Origin: an uncultured delta proteobacterium | Lineage (GTDB): Bacteria; Myxococcota_A; Polyangia; Fen-1088 | DNA: 64,000 nt | Direction of reading: 5' to 3' | NCBI GenBank assembly: GCA_963796685.1 | Contig: CAWCMR010000015.1 | Span: 128,001-192,000 of the forward strand | Shown: positions 21,908 to 31,569 of the stretch, one piece after another | Layout: every line of letters begins with the position of its first letter | How positions within the stretch are numbered: the stretch's first letter is position 1 | Program-made: the position numbers and the translations under genes | Notes under the pieces: model-generated | The model's database searches: none | Seen by the model: the letters and a program-made list of their open reading frames with translations, nothing else | Told to the model about the DNA's origin: nothing

Positions 21908-22894
21908 CTACCCTTCCAGCCGGCGGGCGATGTCGACCAGCTTGTCCATGGTTGCGTCGAAGGCCGGATCCACGACTTGGCGGATGGGATCGGCATCGTG
22001 GTAGGTCATGATCTCCTCGGCCCCGCGCGAGAAGGGAATCTTGGCTTCCCAGCCGGGGACCAGTCGCTTCACCTTGCAGTTGTCGAAGATCATGCTGTGG
22101 GTCTTGTCGCCGAGCAGGCTGTCGCCCCACTCGCGGTCGTGCCTGGCGATAGTCTCCGAAGGAAGGTGCACCAGCTTGGCGGCGGTGCCAGCGGCCTTGG
22201 CCAGCATCAGGTGAATCTGATCCCACGACAGCCATTCGTCCGAGGTGATGTGGAAGGTGTCGCCGACGGCGCGTGCGTTTCCAAGCAGGCCGACGAAGGC
22301 TCGGGCGAAGTCCTCGTGGTGGGTCAGCGTCCACAGCGAGCTGCCGTCGCCGTGCACCACCACCGGCTTGCCCTGGCGCATGCGATTGAGCACGGTGTAC
22401 CCGCCGTGCCAGGGGAACAGGGTGCGGTCGTAGGTGTGCGACGGGCGGACCACGGTGAAGGGAAACTGCTCGCGGCGGTAGGCGGCCAGCAACGCCTCTT
22501 CGCACGCGATCTTGTTGCGCGAATACTCCCACACGGGATTGTCGAGGGGCGTGGACTCGGTGACGGGCAGGCTTTGCGGCGGGGTCTGATACGCCGACGC
22601 GGAGCTGATGAACACGAACTGACCCGTGCGCCCGCGGAACAGCTCGAGATCGAGGGCGATGTGCTCGGGCGTAAACGCGATGAAGTCGACCACCACGTCG
22701 AATTTCAAATGGCCAATCGCCGCGCGCGCCGCAGCCGGGTCGCGAATATCCCCGGCCAGCACCTTGATTCCGAGCGGAACCTGCCGCCCGGTCTTCCCGC
22801 GCCGCAAGTGAAAGAGCTGGATGCCGCTCTCGACCGCGACGCGAGAGCACGCCGAGCTGATGATGCCCGTACCACCGATGAATAGAACTCTCAT
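21908..22894 (-). CDS. NAD-dependent epimerase/dehydratase (SDR) family protein
   Basis: GGTGIIS, FISSASAY, YSRNK and RPSHTY. Confidence 0.88.
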   Translation of the reverse strand: MRVLFIGGTGIISSACSRVAVESGIQLFHLRRGKTGRQVPLGIKVLAGDIRDPAAARAAIGHLKFDVVVDFIAFTPEHIALDLELFRGRTGQFVFISSASAYQTPPQSLPVTESTPLDNPVWEYSRNKIACEEALLAAYRREQFPFTVVRPSHTYDRTLFPWHGGYTVLNRMRQGKPVVVHGDGSSLWTLTHHEDFARAFVGLLGNARAVGDTFHITSDEWLSWDQIHLMLAKAAGTAAKLVHLPSETIARHDREWGDSLLGDKTHSMIFDNCKVKRLVPGWEAKIPFSRGAEEIMTYHDADPIRQVVDPAFDATMDKLVDIARRLEG

Positions 22895-22928
22895 GGTCCT
22901 CCTTCTACCGCGGACCAGTCCGGAAGTT

Positions 22929-23031
22929 CACCACAGAGGACACAGAGGACACGGAGGACGGATGAAAAGGGTTTCCGGATCCGACGCCTTCCCATCCCCT
23001 CCGACTCTGTGTCCTCAGTGTCCTCTGTGGT
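22929..23031. repeat. 9-mer periodic inverted repeat, second copy
   Basis: CACCACAGAGGACACAGAGGACACGGAGGA ... CTCTGTGTCCTCAGTGTCCTCTGTGGT; spacer resembles the reverse strand of the 18449 copy. Confidence 0.85.
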
Positions 23032-23039
23032 TTTCCTTC

Positions 23040-25118
23040 CTACTCGTCCTCGTCGGCCGCCATCTTGGAGTCGGCGATGACCTTGTCCATCAGATGACCG
23101 GGCAGCTCGTCGTAGTGCGAGAACTCGATGGAGAACGAACCGCGTCCCCCGGTGATCGAGCGCAAATCCGAGGAGTATTTGAGGGTCTCGGACATGGGCA
23201 CCACGGCGCGAATGACCTCGCCCTTGGCCGTCGAGTCCATGCCCTCCACGCGGCCACGGCGGTGGTTGAGGTCGCCGATGACGTCGCCCATGCAGTCGCT
23301 GGGGCACATGACCTGCATTTTCATGATGGGTTCGAGCAGGCAAGGCTTGGCCTGCTTGAAGGCGGCCTGGAAGCCCTTGGACGCCGCGATCTCGAATGAG
23401 CGCGCGTCCGAATCCACGTCGTGATACTTGCCGTCGAACAGGCGGACCTTGACGTCGGTCGCGCGGTAGCCTGCGATAACCCCCCTCGTCATGCGGGTGC
23501 GCATGCCCTTTTCGACCGCGGGGATGAACTGGCGTGGCACCGCGCCGCCCACGATGTCATCGACGAATTCGAAACCGCCCCCGTGGGGCAGGGGCTCCAT
23601 GTCGATGTAGACCACGGCGAACTGGCCTCGGCCGCCGGTCTGCTTCTTGTGCTTGCCCTCGATGTTCTGGGCCTTGCCCTTGATGGTTTCGAGATACGGC
23701 ACCTTGGGCGCCAGCAGCTCGACTTCCACGCCAGCACGGTGCAGGCGGTCGACGACGACCTCGACGTGAACCTGGCCCGTGCCGCCGAGCAGGATCTCCT
23801 TCGATTGCGGATCGTGACTGACTTTGACGGCCACATCCGAATCGATGATTTCGTTCAACTTCACCGCCACCTTGTCCTCGTCGCCCTTGCTCTTGGGGTG
23901 CAGGGCGTAGGTGATGAGCGGCGCGGGGATCTCCGGGCGGGGCAACGCGAAGGGGGCCTTCTCGTCGGCGAGGGTGTCGCCGGTCTTGGTCGTCTTCAGC
24001 TTGGCGACCGCCACGATGTCGCCCGGGTACGCCTCGGCCACGGACTCGCGCGTCTTGCCCTGCAGGACGTAGAGCTGGCCGAAACGTTCTTTGGCGTCGT
24101 GGTTGACCGAGAGCAGGGTGGCGTCGCTGGCCAGCTTGCCGGTTAGCACGCGCAGCAGTGAAAGCCGGCCGATGTCGGACGCTGAGGTCTTCCAGACGTA
24201 GGCGGCGACGGGCGCGTTGGGATCGGGCAGGCGTTCGGCGGGTGCGTCGCCTTGGGTACCTTTCCAGGCCGGCCGGTCGAGGGGCGAGGGCATGCACTCG
24301 ACGACGAAGTCGAGCAAGGTCTGCACCCCGACACACAAGGCGCCGGACGTGGCGAGCACGGGCACGAGGGCGCGATTGCGCACACCTTGGGCCAGTCCCT
24401 TGCGTGCCTCCTCGTCGGAGAGCGCGCCCGATTCGAGGTACCTTTCGAGCAGCGAATCGTCGGCCGAAGCAATGGCCTCGTGCAAGACTTCGCGCGCCTT
24501 CTTGGCCGCTTCTTGCATGTCCGCAGGCACCTCGCCGACCGAAACCTCGCGCCCTTCGCTCGAAAAGCGCACGGCCTTCATGGTCATCAGATCGATGATG
24601 CCCACGAGGTCCGACTCCTGTCCGATGGGCAGTTGCACGGCCACCGCTTTGGTGGTCAGCGAGGTGCGGATATTTTCCAGCGCGGTGTCGAAGCTCGAGT
24701 TGTCGCGGTCCAGTCGGGACACGACGATGCAGCGGGGCAGGGCAAGCTCTTCGGCCATATCCCAAGTTCGCTCGGTGTACACCTGAACGCCCTCGTTGGC
24801 CGAGACCAACAACACGGCCGCATCCGCCACGTCGAGCGCGATACGCGTCTCGACCAGGAAGCTGCCGTTCCCGGAGGTGTCGATGAGGTTGATCTTGTTC
24901 TTCTTCCACTCTACATGGCCGATGGCGGTCGAGATGCTGGTTCTGCGCTTGTGCTCTTCGGGCTCGAAGTCGAAGGTCGACGTGTCGTCGTCGACGCGGC
25001 CAAGCCGCTGGTTGGTCTTGGTACAGAAAAGGATGGCCTCGGCCAACGTGGTCTTGCCCGCACCACCGTGGCCGATCAGCGCAATGTTTCGGATCTCGTT
25101 CGCCGCGTAGCTCTTCAT
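23040..25118 (-). CDS. fusA: Elongation factor G paralogue (EF-G2-like) with divergent G-domain
   Basis: GHGGAGKT, KKQTGGRGQF, GKYHDVDS, LLEPIM and LRSITGGRG; DTSGN replaces DTPGH and SRLD replaces NKMD. Confidence 0.9.
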   Translation of the reverse strand: MKSYAANEIRNIALIGHGGAGKTTLAEAILFCTKTNQRLGRVDDDTSTFDFEPEEHKRRTSISTAIGHVEWKKNKINLIDTSGNGSFLVETRIALDVADAAVLLVSANEGVQVYTERTWDMAEELALPRCIVVSRLDRDNSSFDTALENIRTSLTTKAVAVQLPIGQESDLVGIIDLMTMKAVRFSSEGREVSVGEVPADMQEAAKKAREVLHEAIASADDSLLERYLESGALSDEEARKGLAQGVRNRALVPVLATSGALCVGVQTLLDFVVECMPSPLDRPAWKGTQGDAPAERLPDPNAPVAAYVWKTSASDIGRLSLLRVLTGKLASDATLLSVNHDAKERFGQLYVLQGKTRESVAEAYPGDIVAVAKLKTTKTGDTLADEKAPFALPRPEIPAPLITYALHPKSKGDEDKVAVKLNEIIDSDVAVKVSHDPQSKEILLGGTGQVHVEVVVDRLHRAGVEVELLAPKVPYLETIKGKAQNIEGKHKKQTGGRGQFAVVYIDMEPLPHGGGFEFVDDIVGGAVPRQFIPAVEKGMRTRMTRGVIAGYRATDVKVRLFDGKYHDVDSDARSFEIAASKGFQAAFKQAKPCLLEPIMKMQVMCPSDCMGDVIGDLNHRRGRVEGMDSTAKGEVIRAVVPMSETLKYSSDLRSITGGRGSFSIEFSHYDELPGHLMDKVIADSKMAADEDE

Positions 25119-25306
25119 GGTTACCTTTCGCTAGGTGCACATCAGGAAGTTCACGATCCGACCCGCCCGCATCCGGAATGCAACACTTCTAAAACACCTG
25201 CGTTCCGAAGTCGAGGTGGACAAGGATGCGATAGCCGCGTGCAAAGCCGGATTCGCAAAAAGCAAGCACGAACCACTCCTGGCGCGACTTTTTCGTTGGG
25301 CGGTGG

Positions 25307-26689
25307 TTACACCGTACGCGAGAAGACGGGTTCGCCGGACGCCAGTTTCGGTTCCAGGTGCGCATCAAAGCACATGGCCAGGTTGCGGACGAAGACCTGG
25401 CCGAGCCCGATGGCGCGCACGCCGTTGGCGTCGATCTGACACATGCCGTCGACCACGAAGGGCTGGAGCTTGGCCAGCGAGTCGCGCAGGTAGTCGGCGA
25501 ACACGATGTCGTGCTTGGACTCGATGGTCCTGCGATCCACGATGAAGTTGCACATCAGGGTATGGATCACGTCGCGGCGGATCTCGTCGTCGGCGGTGCG
25601 CTGGTAACCGCGCGCCACGGGCAACTGACCGGCGTCGAGCATGCGGTAATAGCTCACGAGCTTCTTCTCGTCCTGCACCAGTGCGCCGCGCACGTCGCCG
25701 ATGGCCGAGACGCCAAATCCGATCATGTCCGCGCCCGCCATCACGGTGTAGCCCATGAAGTTGCGCTGCAGGCGGCTCTGACGCTGGGCAACCGCCAGCT
25801 CGTCGGTGGGCAGGGCGAAGTGGTCCATGCCGATGGCTTGGTACCCGGCGTCCATGAAACCCTCGCGAGCGATGGCGAGCAGCGCGAACTTTGCATCGCG
25901 ACCTGGCAGCGTCGGGCGCGCGATGTTGCGCTGGTGTCCGCGTTGGTTGGGCAGGTAGGCGAACGAGTAGACTGCCACGCGATCCGGGCGCAGGGCCACG
26001 GTCTCGGCGATGGTGCGCGCGAACGATTCGGGTGTCTGGAGGGGCAGTCCGTAGATCAAATCGAGGTTCACGCCGTGAAAACCCTGCCTGCGCGCGCTGG
26101 CGACCAGGGCCCGGGTTGCCTCCATGGGCTGCTCGCGTCCGATGGCGACCTGCACGTCCGGATCGAAGTCCTGCACGCCGAGCGAGATGCGCGAGAAACC
26201 CAGGCTGGCGAGCGCATCGATGTGCGCCGTGGTCGTGACTCGCGGATCGACCTCGATGGCGCGCTCTGCTTCGGGTAGAAACGCGAAGTGACGCTGGAAG
26301 CTGCGCACCAAGCGAACCAGCTCGTCGGGATTCAGGTACGTCGGTGTGCCGCCACCCAGATGGTACTGCGCGACCTGTCGTCGGTCGGGAAGCAACTCGG
26401 CCACCCGCTCCATCTCGGTCTCGAGGTGCGCGAGGTAAGGCTCGACCACGTCGTGGCGGGGTGTCGCGTAGGTGTGACAGCCGCAAAACCAGCAGCGCTC
26501 GATGCAAAACGGAATGTGGGTGTAGACGGAGAGCGGCGCCGCCCGAAGCCGGTTGGCAGCGGCCAAGGAGGCGCGGTACTCCGCATCACCGTATCCGGCG
26601 TGAAAATCCACCGCCGTCGGATACGAAGTGTAGCGTGGTCCGACGGAATCGTAGCGGGCAAGCAGCTCGGCTGGGACGGTTTGCTTCAT
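25307..26689 (-). CDS. hemN: Oxygen-independent coproporphyrinogen III oxidase
   Basis: GPRYTSYPTA, HIPFCIERCWFCGC, GGGTP, GMDHFA and RNFMGY. Confidence 0.95.
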   Translation of the reverse strand: MKQTVPAELLARYDSVGPRYTSYPTAVDFHAGYGDAEYRASLAAANRLRAAPLSVYTHIPFCIERCWFCGCHTYATPRHDVVEPYLAHLETEMERVAELLPDRRQVAQYHLGGGTPTYLNPDELVRLVRSFQRHFAFLPEAERAIEVDPRVTTTAHIDALASLGFSRISLGVQDFDPDVQVAIGREQPMEATRALVASARRQGFHGVNLDLIYGLPLQTPESFARTIAETVALRPDRVAVYSFAYLPNQRGHQRNIARPTLPGRDAKFALLAIAREGFMDAGYQAIGMDHFALPTDELAVAQRQSRLQRNFMGYTVMAGADMIGFGVSAIGDVRGALVQDEKKLVSYYRMLDAGQLPVARGYQRTADDEIRRDVIHTLMCNFIVDRRTIESKHDIVFADYLRDSLAKLQPFVVDGMCQIDANGVRAIGLGQVFVRNLAMCFDAHLEPKLASGEPVFSRTV

Positions 26690-27421
26690 TCACTTTCTCT
26701 CGACGACGACCAGGACCTCCTCGGCCACCAGGTCGTCGTCCGCGCGCAGCTCACGAGGCGCACCGTCCACCAGGGCGTACCCCGATACGATGTTGACCCC
26801 ACCTGATGCGGCCCAGTCTAGCAGGTCGCGCAGGGTGAGCAGGTGGATGTTGGCCGACTCGTACCAGTAGTAGGGTAGGCGTTCGGTGACCGGCATGCGG
26901 CTGCGCGCCGCCAGGTCGACGATCACGCGGTAATGGGCGAAGTTCGGAAACGACACGATGCCGCGCTTTCCCACGCGCAACATTTCCTCCAGGACCGCGC
27001 GGGGGTTCTGCAGGGTTTGCAGGGTCTCCTCCAGCACAACCACGTCGAAGGTCTTGTCCGGGCACCAGCGCAAACCCGCCCCCAAATCGGCCTGGATCAC
27101 GGGCACGCCGCGGTCCACACAGGAAAACACCTGGTCGGGATCGATCTCGACGCCTTGGCCGCGCACGTTGCGCTCGCGAATCAGGCGCTCGAGCAAGAAG
27201 CCGTCGCCGCAGCCCAGGTCGAGGACCGAGGCGCCCATGGGAATTTCGCGCGAGATGATCTCCTCTTGCCAGCGCGACGAGGCTTGCTCCCCGGCGGGGC
27301 GACTGGAACGTGCCTGCATCAACGCCACGATGGCGGCAGCGCGCTGCTCGAAGAGTCCCTCCGGCAAGCGGGCGAGGCCGCGGTCGGAAACCAGATCATG
27401 GTCGGCTCGGGGTTGGCTCAT
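26690..27421 (-). CDS. metW: Methionine biosynthesis protein MetW
   Basis: VLDLGCGDG, TLQ, VSFPNF, MPVT..LPY.WY...NIH; directly downstream of metX. Confidence 0.88.
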   Translation of the reverse strand: MSQPRADHDLVSDRGLARLPEGLFEQRAAAIVALMQARSSRPAGEQASSRWQEEIISREIPMGASVLDLGCGDGFLLERLIRERNVRGQGVEIDPDQVFSCVDRGVPVIQADLGAGLRWCPDKTFDVVVLEETLQTLQNPRAVLEEMLRVGKRGIVSFPNFAHYRVIVDLAARSRMPVTERLPYYWYESANIHLLTLRDLLDWAASGGVNIVSGYALVDGAPRELRADDDLVAEEVLVVVERK

Positions 27422-27429
27422 GGTGTTTC

Positions 27430-28626
27430 CTAATGGGAGAGAAAGCTGCGCAGCAGGCGACCGACCTTCTGCGTTTCGACCAGAAACGAATCGTGGCCGA
27501 AGCGTGAGGGCACCTCGGCATAGGTGACGGGCACGCCGGTCCGGGCTAGGGCCATCGCCAGATCCTTGCAATCTCCAGGGGGGTACAGCCAGTCCGAGTC
27601 GAAGGACACCACCAGCGCGCCCGCGCGCACGCGGCGGCACGCCTCGACCAGGCTGCCGCCACCCCACGTCGAGGCGGCGTCGTAGTAGTCCATGGCGCGC
27701 GTGACGAAGAGGTAGCTGTTGGCGTCGAAGCGCTCGACGAAGGCCCTGCCCTGATAGTCGAGGTAGCTTTCGACCGCGAATTCGATGCCGAAGCCTGCTT
27801 TCTGGTCGGTGTTGCGCTGCAAGCGACGCCCGAATTTTTCGTGCATGCCTTCGTCGGACAGATAGGTGATGTGGGCCAGCATGCGCGCGGCGGCCAGGCC
27901 CGCGTCGGGCCCTTTGTCGTTGCCGTAGTAGTCGCCGCCCGCGAAGTTGGGATCGTTCAAGATGCAGTAGCGGGCGACGGCGTTGAAGGCCAGGCCCTGT
28001 GCCGACAGGCGCGCGCTCGACGCGAGCACCACCGCACGCTCGACTCGATCGGGAAAAGCCAGGGCCATCTCCAGCGCTTGTTGGCCGCCCAGCGATCCGC
28101 CCATGACCGCGTGCACCCGTGCGATACCGAGCGCATCCAGGAGCCTGGCGTGCAGCCTCACCCAGTCGCCCACCGTGACCATGGGAAAGTGGAGGCCGTA
28201 GGGCCGGCCGGTGCGCGGGTCGATGGATGAAGGGCCGGTCGTGCCATAGCAGCTTCCCAGCACGTTCGGGCAGATGACGTAGTAGCGGTTGGTGTCGACG
28301 GCCTTGCCCGGCCCGACCACGGCGTCCCACCAGCCGGGCTTGCGCTGGCGCCACACGCGTCCGTTCTTGTCCGTATCCCTGTCCCAGCCCGCCACGTGCG
28401 CGTCGCCGGACAGGGCATGCGCGATAAACACCGCGTTGTCCTTGCGTGGGGAAAGCACGCCGTAGGTTTCATATTCCACGTCGATGGGGCCCATGCGACC
28501 GCCCAGCTCCAATTCCATCGGGGCATCGGCGGACACCAGGCGCAGGGTGTGGGCGCTGGTCCAGCCGACCGAATCGAGCGCTTCCGGGCCGCCAGCACGC
28601 GTCCCTTCCTTTTCCACGGGAGTCAT
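27430..28626 (-). CDS. metX: Homoserine O-acyltransferase
   Basis: HALSGDAH, GWWD..VGPG, GGSLGG, RFDANSY, DWLYP and GHDSFL. Confidence 0.93.
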   Translation of the reverse strand: MTPVEKEGTRAGGPEALDSVGWTSAHTLRLVSADAPMELELGGRMGPIDVEYETYGVLSPRKDNAVFIAHALSGDAHVAGWDRDTDKNGRVWRQRKPGWWDAVVGPGKAVDTNRYYVICPNVLGSCYGTTGPSSIDPRTGRPYGLHFPMVTVGDWVRLHARLLDALGIARVHAVMGGSLGGQQALEMALAFPDRVERAVVLASSARLSAQGLAFNAVARYCILNDPNFAGGDYYGNDKGPDAGLAAARMLAHITYLSDEGMHEKFGRRLQRNTDQKAGFGIEFAVESYLDYQGRAFVERFDANSYLFVTRAMDYYDAASTWGGGSLVEACRRVRAGALVVSFDSDWLYPPGDCKDLAMALARTGVPVTYAEVPSRFGHDSFLVETQKVGRLLRSFLSH

Positions 28627-28728
28627 CGCTGCTATCAGCTCACAACCAGGTAGGCGAGCGCAAGATCCACGAACCCCAAACATCCAGCAAGGGTCTTCGC
28701 CAGAGAACCCGACGCCTGGAGCCCCATC

Positions 28729-29175
28729 TCAAATACTATAGTCGGGGGCGTTGTTTCCGAGAGCCGTGCGATAGCGGTCCACCAGCACCTGGAAGCTGGC
28801 GGCGTCGTAGACCGAGCTCGCGGAGCGCACCGCCGCTTCCCAGATGGGGCCGAACACGACGTGCGAGGCGTGCGGCGAGCCGACCTGGCTGCGGTTCGCG
28901 GCGTCCGGATCGGCCAAGCTGCCCTGCACAACGCGCAGAACATCGCCCACCGAGATGCGCGCGGGCGGACGGGCGAGCACGTAGCCGCCCTCGTTTCCGC
29001 GACGGGATTCCACCAGGCTGGCGCGTTTGAGCTGAGCCAAGATGGCTTCGAGAAAGCGCGCCGGGATGGCCTGGGCCTTGGCGATTTCGCCGATGGACAC
29101 CGGGCCGTGCCCGAAGCGCATGGCAAGCTCGAGAGTGGCACGCAGGGCGTACTTGCTTTTTTGCGTGATGGCCAT
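28729..29175 (-). CDS. Rrf2-family regulator, Cys-free CymR-like
   Basis: KSKYALRA...SRRGNEGGY.LAR; no Cys ligands; C-terminus PDYSI. Confidence 0.88.
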   Translation of the reverse strand: MAITQKSKYALRATLELAMRFGHGPVSIGEIAKAQAIPARFLEAILAQLKRASLVESRRGNEGGYVLARPPARISVGDVLRVVQGSLADPDAANRSQVGSPHASHVVFGPIWEAAVRSASSVYDAASFQVLVDRYRTALGNNAPDYSI

Positions 29176-29208
29176 TCCTCAACCTGGGGCTTGTAGGTTC
29201 GAGACCTT

Positions 29209-29264
29209 GTAGGATAATTCCTACTAATTCTATCGTATATGAAAGGTCGATCCCCGATTGTCAA
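29209..29264 (-). promoter_or_regulatory. Promoter and AT-rich putative Rrf2 operator
   Basis: TTGACA on the minus strand (29264-29259), then ATATACGATAGAATTAGTAGGAATTATCCTA, an AT-rich imperfect palindrome upstream of rrf2. Confidence 0.55.
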
Positions 29265-29303
29265 GGGAATGTGCGGTCTGGCGGCCGTGCAAAGCGGGCT
29301 ATC

Positions 29304-30209
29304 ATGAGCAACGATTCGTACAGTCGATACCTGATGTCCAAGCGGTCGGTCGACGATCGGGCGCTGAACAGACATGTGCTCGACAATCTGCGCACCAATC
29401 TGGAAGGCAAAGGGCCCCTTCGGATCGTGGAGATCGGCGCCGGGCTTGGGACCATGGTGGCTCGCCTTGTCGACTGGCAGCTCGTCACGCGCGCCGAGTA
29501 CTACCTCCTCGACGTGGACGCGGACCTTCTCGAGGGTGCGAGAACGTGGCTGGCGGCCTGGGCCGGCACGCGTGGCCTTGCCGCCAGGAACGATGAAGAC
29601 GGCATCTTCCTACAAGGCGATGGTCCGACGGAGCTCCATGTGCATCTCGTCCGGGCCGAGCTTGGCGATTTTCTCGGCAAGCCCCCCGGCCTTCCCCCTG
29701 CCGACCTCCTGGTGGCGAATGCGTTCCTCGACCTCGTGGACGTGCCGGTCATGTTGCCGAGACTGTTCGACCTGCTTGCGCCGGATGGCCTCTACTGGTT
29801 CTCCATCAACTTCGATGGCGAGACCATCCTGCTGCCGGAGCACGCCGCCGACCCTCTCTTCATGCGAGTCTACCATCGCAGCATGGACGAACGGGTTCGC
29901 TATGGCCGCCCGGCCGGGGACAGCAAGTGCGGGCGACACCTGTTTTCCCACCTGCGCGCCGCTCGCGCCGACATCCTGGCTGCCGGCGCCTCGGACTGGG
30001 TCGTCTTCGGACAAGCCGATGGTTACCCTGCCGACGAAGCGACTTTCTTGCACGGGATTGTGGGGACCATCGTGACCGAGCTTCGCGGGCACTCGGAGAT
30101 CTTGCCGGGACCGCTTTCAGAATGGGCAGACCTCCGGCACAAGCAGATCGAACGCGGTGAGCTCGTGTACATCGCCCACCAAATGGACTACCTCGGACGT
30201 CGGCACTGA
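29304..30209 (+). CDS. Class I SAM-dependent methyltransferase-like protein
   Basis: YL.SKRSVDDRALN, IVEIGAGLGTM, A.AFLDL and SDW. Confidence 0.8.
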   Translation: MSNDSYSRYLMSKRSVDDRALNRHVLDNLRTNLEGKGPLRIVEIGAGLGTMVARLVDWQLVTRAEYYLLDVDADLLEGARTWLAAWAGTRGLAARNDEDGIFLQGDGPTELHVHLVRAELGDFLGKPPGLPPADLLVANAFLDLVDVPVMLPRLFDLLAPDGLYWFSINFDGETILLPEHAADPLFMRVYHRSMDERVRYGRPAGDSKCGRHLFSHLRAARADILAAGASDWVVFGQADGYPADEATFLHGIVGTIVTELRGHSEILPGPLSEWADLRHKQIERGELVYIAHQMDYLGRRH

Positions 30210-30286
30210 GCCCGCATGAGCGGTGGATCACAGTCCCGTGTTCCTTTCAGGGCCCGGCGTGCATCGAAGGTTCGATGGAAGGACCA

Positions 30287-31030
30287 ATGGCGCGAAGTGG
30301 AATCGTGGGTTTGCTTCTTGCGGCGGCGCTCGTTGGGGGGTGCGGCAAGAGCGGGGGCGGCAGTGGCTACCGCGCGACCGTGGAACCGATCTTCTCCTCG
30401 AAATGCATCAACTGCCACTGGCAAGGCACGCCAATCAACTACCAACTCCAGGATCCGTTCGATCCCGCGACTGGGGTGGTTGGCCGCGCCGGTGACTGGA
30501 CCATGGCACGCCACCTGATCTTGGTCGTGCCAGGAGCTCCGGAGCAGAGCTTTCTCGTGGACAAGGTCAGTGCCACGGACCTCAATCCCGATACCGAAGG
30601 TGCCAGCATGCCGCTCAATATGTCCCAGGTCGATGCCACCGAGCTGGACGCAATCCACACCTGGATTCAGAACGGCGCCAACAACGATTCATACTTTCAG
30701 GCAAACGTCGCGCCCATTTTTGGCGACGGGGTTTCCGTCGGTGCCAAGGCTGGCAAGTGCTCGTACTGTCACACGGCCAAGTCCTACAATCCTCCCAACC
30801 TGGCCGATCCCTTCGATCCTGCTCGCGGGGTTGTCAACATTCCCGCCCTTGTCGGTGGAACGCGCGTGATTCCGGGGGATCCGGAGCACAGTGTCCTCTA
30901 CCAGAAGGTGGCGGGGGCGCCGCTTCCGTCGGGCCTGAAGAATCCCATGCCCTACCAGACCCCGAAGCTCACGAGCGCCGAGATTGGGGCCATCGTATCG
31001 TGGATTGCGGCCGGGGCGAAGGACGACTGA
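30287..31030 (+). CDS. Di-haem c-type cytochrome lipoprotein
   Basis: Lipobox VGGC; two repeated units, each with CxxCH (CINCH, CSYCH), PG.PE.S.L, MP and WI..GA. Confidence 0.8.
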   Translation: MARSGIVGLLLAAALVGGCGKSGGGSGYRATVEPIFSSKCINCHWQGTPINYQLQDPFDPATGVVGRAGDWTMARHLILVVPGAPEQSFLVDKVSATDLNPDTEGASMPLNMSQVDATELDAIHTWIQNGANNDSYFQANVAPIFGDGVSVGAKAGKCSYCHTAKSYNPPNLADPFDPARGVVNIPALVGGTRVIPGDPEHSVLYQKVAGAPLPSGLKNPMPYQTPKLTSAEIGAIVSWIAAGAKDD

Positions 31031-31108
31031 CTCCGGGCAGAGGACGCCCCCAATCCCCCGACAAGCGCAGCGACGTCGCGGAAGGAGGCAGAAAGAGACA
31101 CCTTTCCC

Positions 31109-31360
31109 GGACTGCGCTGCCTCGAGCCCAACGCCGATCGCCACGCGACCGTGGTCGCGCTCGAACGCGCCGTCGCCACGGCGGACGCGGCTGGTGCGGT
31201 TCTCCTCGCCGAGTCCGGCCGGCGTTGGCTGGGCGAGCTCGTGGGCAACCGTCGAGGCGAAGAGCTTCGGGCTCGCTCGAACGGCTGGATGGCCGAGCAG
31301 GGCATTCAGAACCCGGCGCGGATCGCCCACCTCATCGCCCCCGGGTTCCGCGTGTCGTAG
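31109..31360 (+). pseudogene. C-terminal remnant of a myxobacterial Ser/Thr kinase-AAA type protein
   Basis: ALERAVATADAAG...RRWLGELVG..RGEELRA...WMAEQGIQNPARIAHLIAPG resembles the recurrent tail of these proteins (from memory); no 5' part present. Confidence 0.5.
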
Positions 31361-31403
31361 CGCGAGCATCGCGCAGCGTCGGCCAGTCCCTTTGGGCGAA
31401 AGC

Positions 31404-31508
31404 TCTAAGGAAGCCAGGAAGTCAGGAATGCGTGGATGGAGGTTGGGAGGCAATGACGCGCTTGATTTCGAGCGTCGGCTTTCTTCCTGCTTTCCTGGCT
31501 TCCTTAGA
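31404..31508. repeat. 8-mer periodic inverted repeat (AGGAAGYC)n
   Basis: Left TCTAAGGAAGCCAGGAAGTCAGGAA versus revcomp of the right arm TCTAAGGAAGCCAGGAAAGCAGGAA, 23/25 identical. Confidence 0.8.
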
Positions 31509-31569
31509 CGTTATCGGTCCCGAGCCTTGGGGGTGCGTGGGCTCAGTTTGGCACCCGACGGCCAGCCTC

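Noticed and set aside
18449-23031. 9-mer and 6-mer repeats as a CRISPR array
   Set aside because: No repeat-spacer periodicity of about 60-70 nt and no cas genes; these are tandem units in inverted arms.
28627-28728. SAM/SAH riboswitch upstream of metX
   Set aside because: No SAM-I, SAM-II or SAH consensus recognised by eye; an Rfam scan would be decisive.
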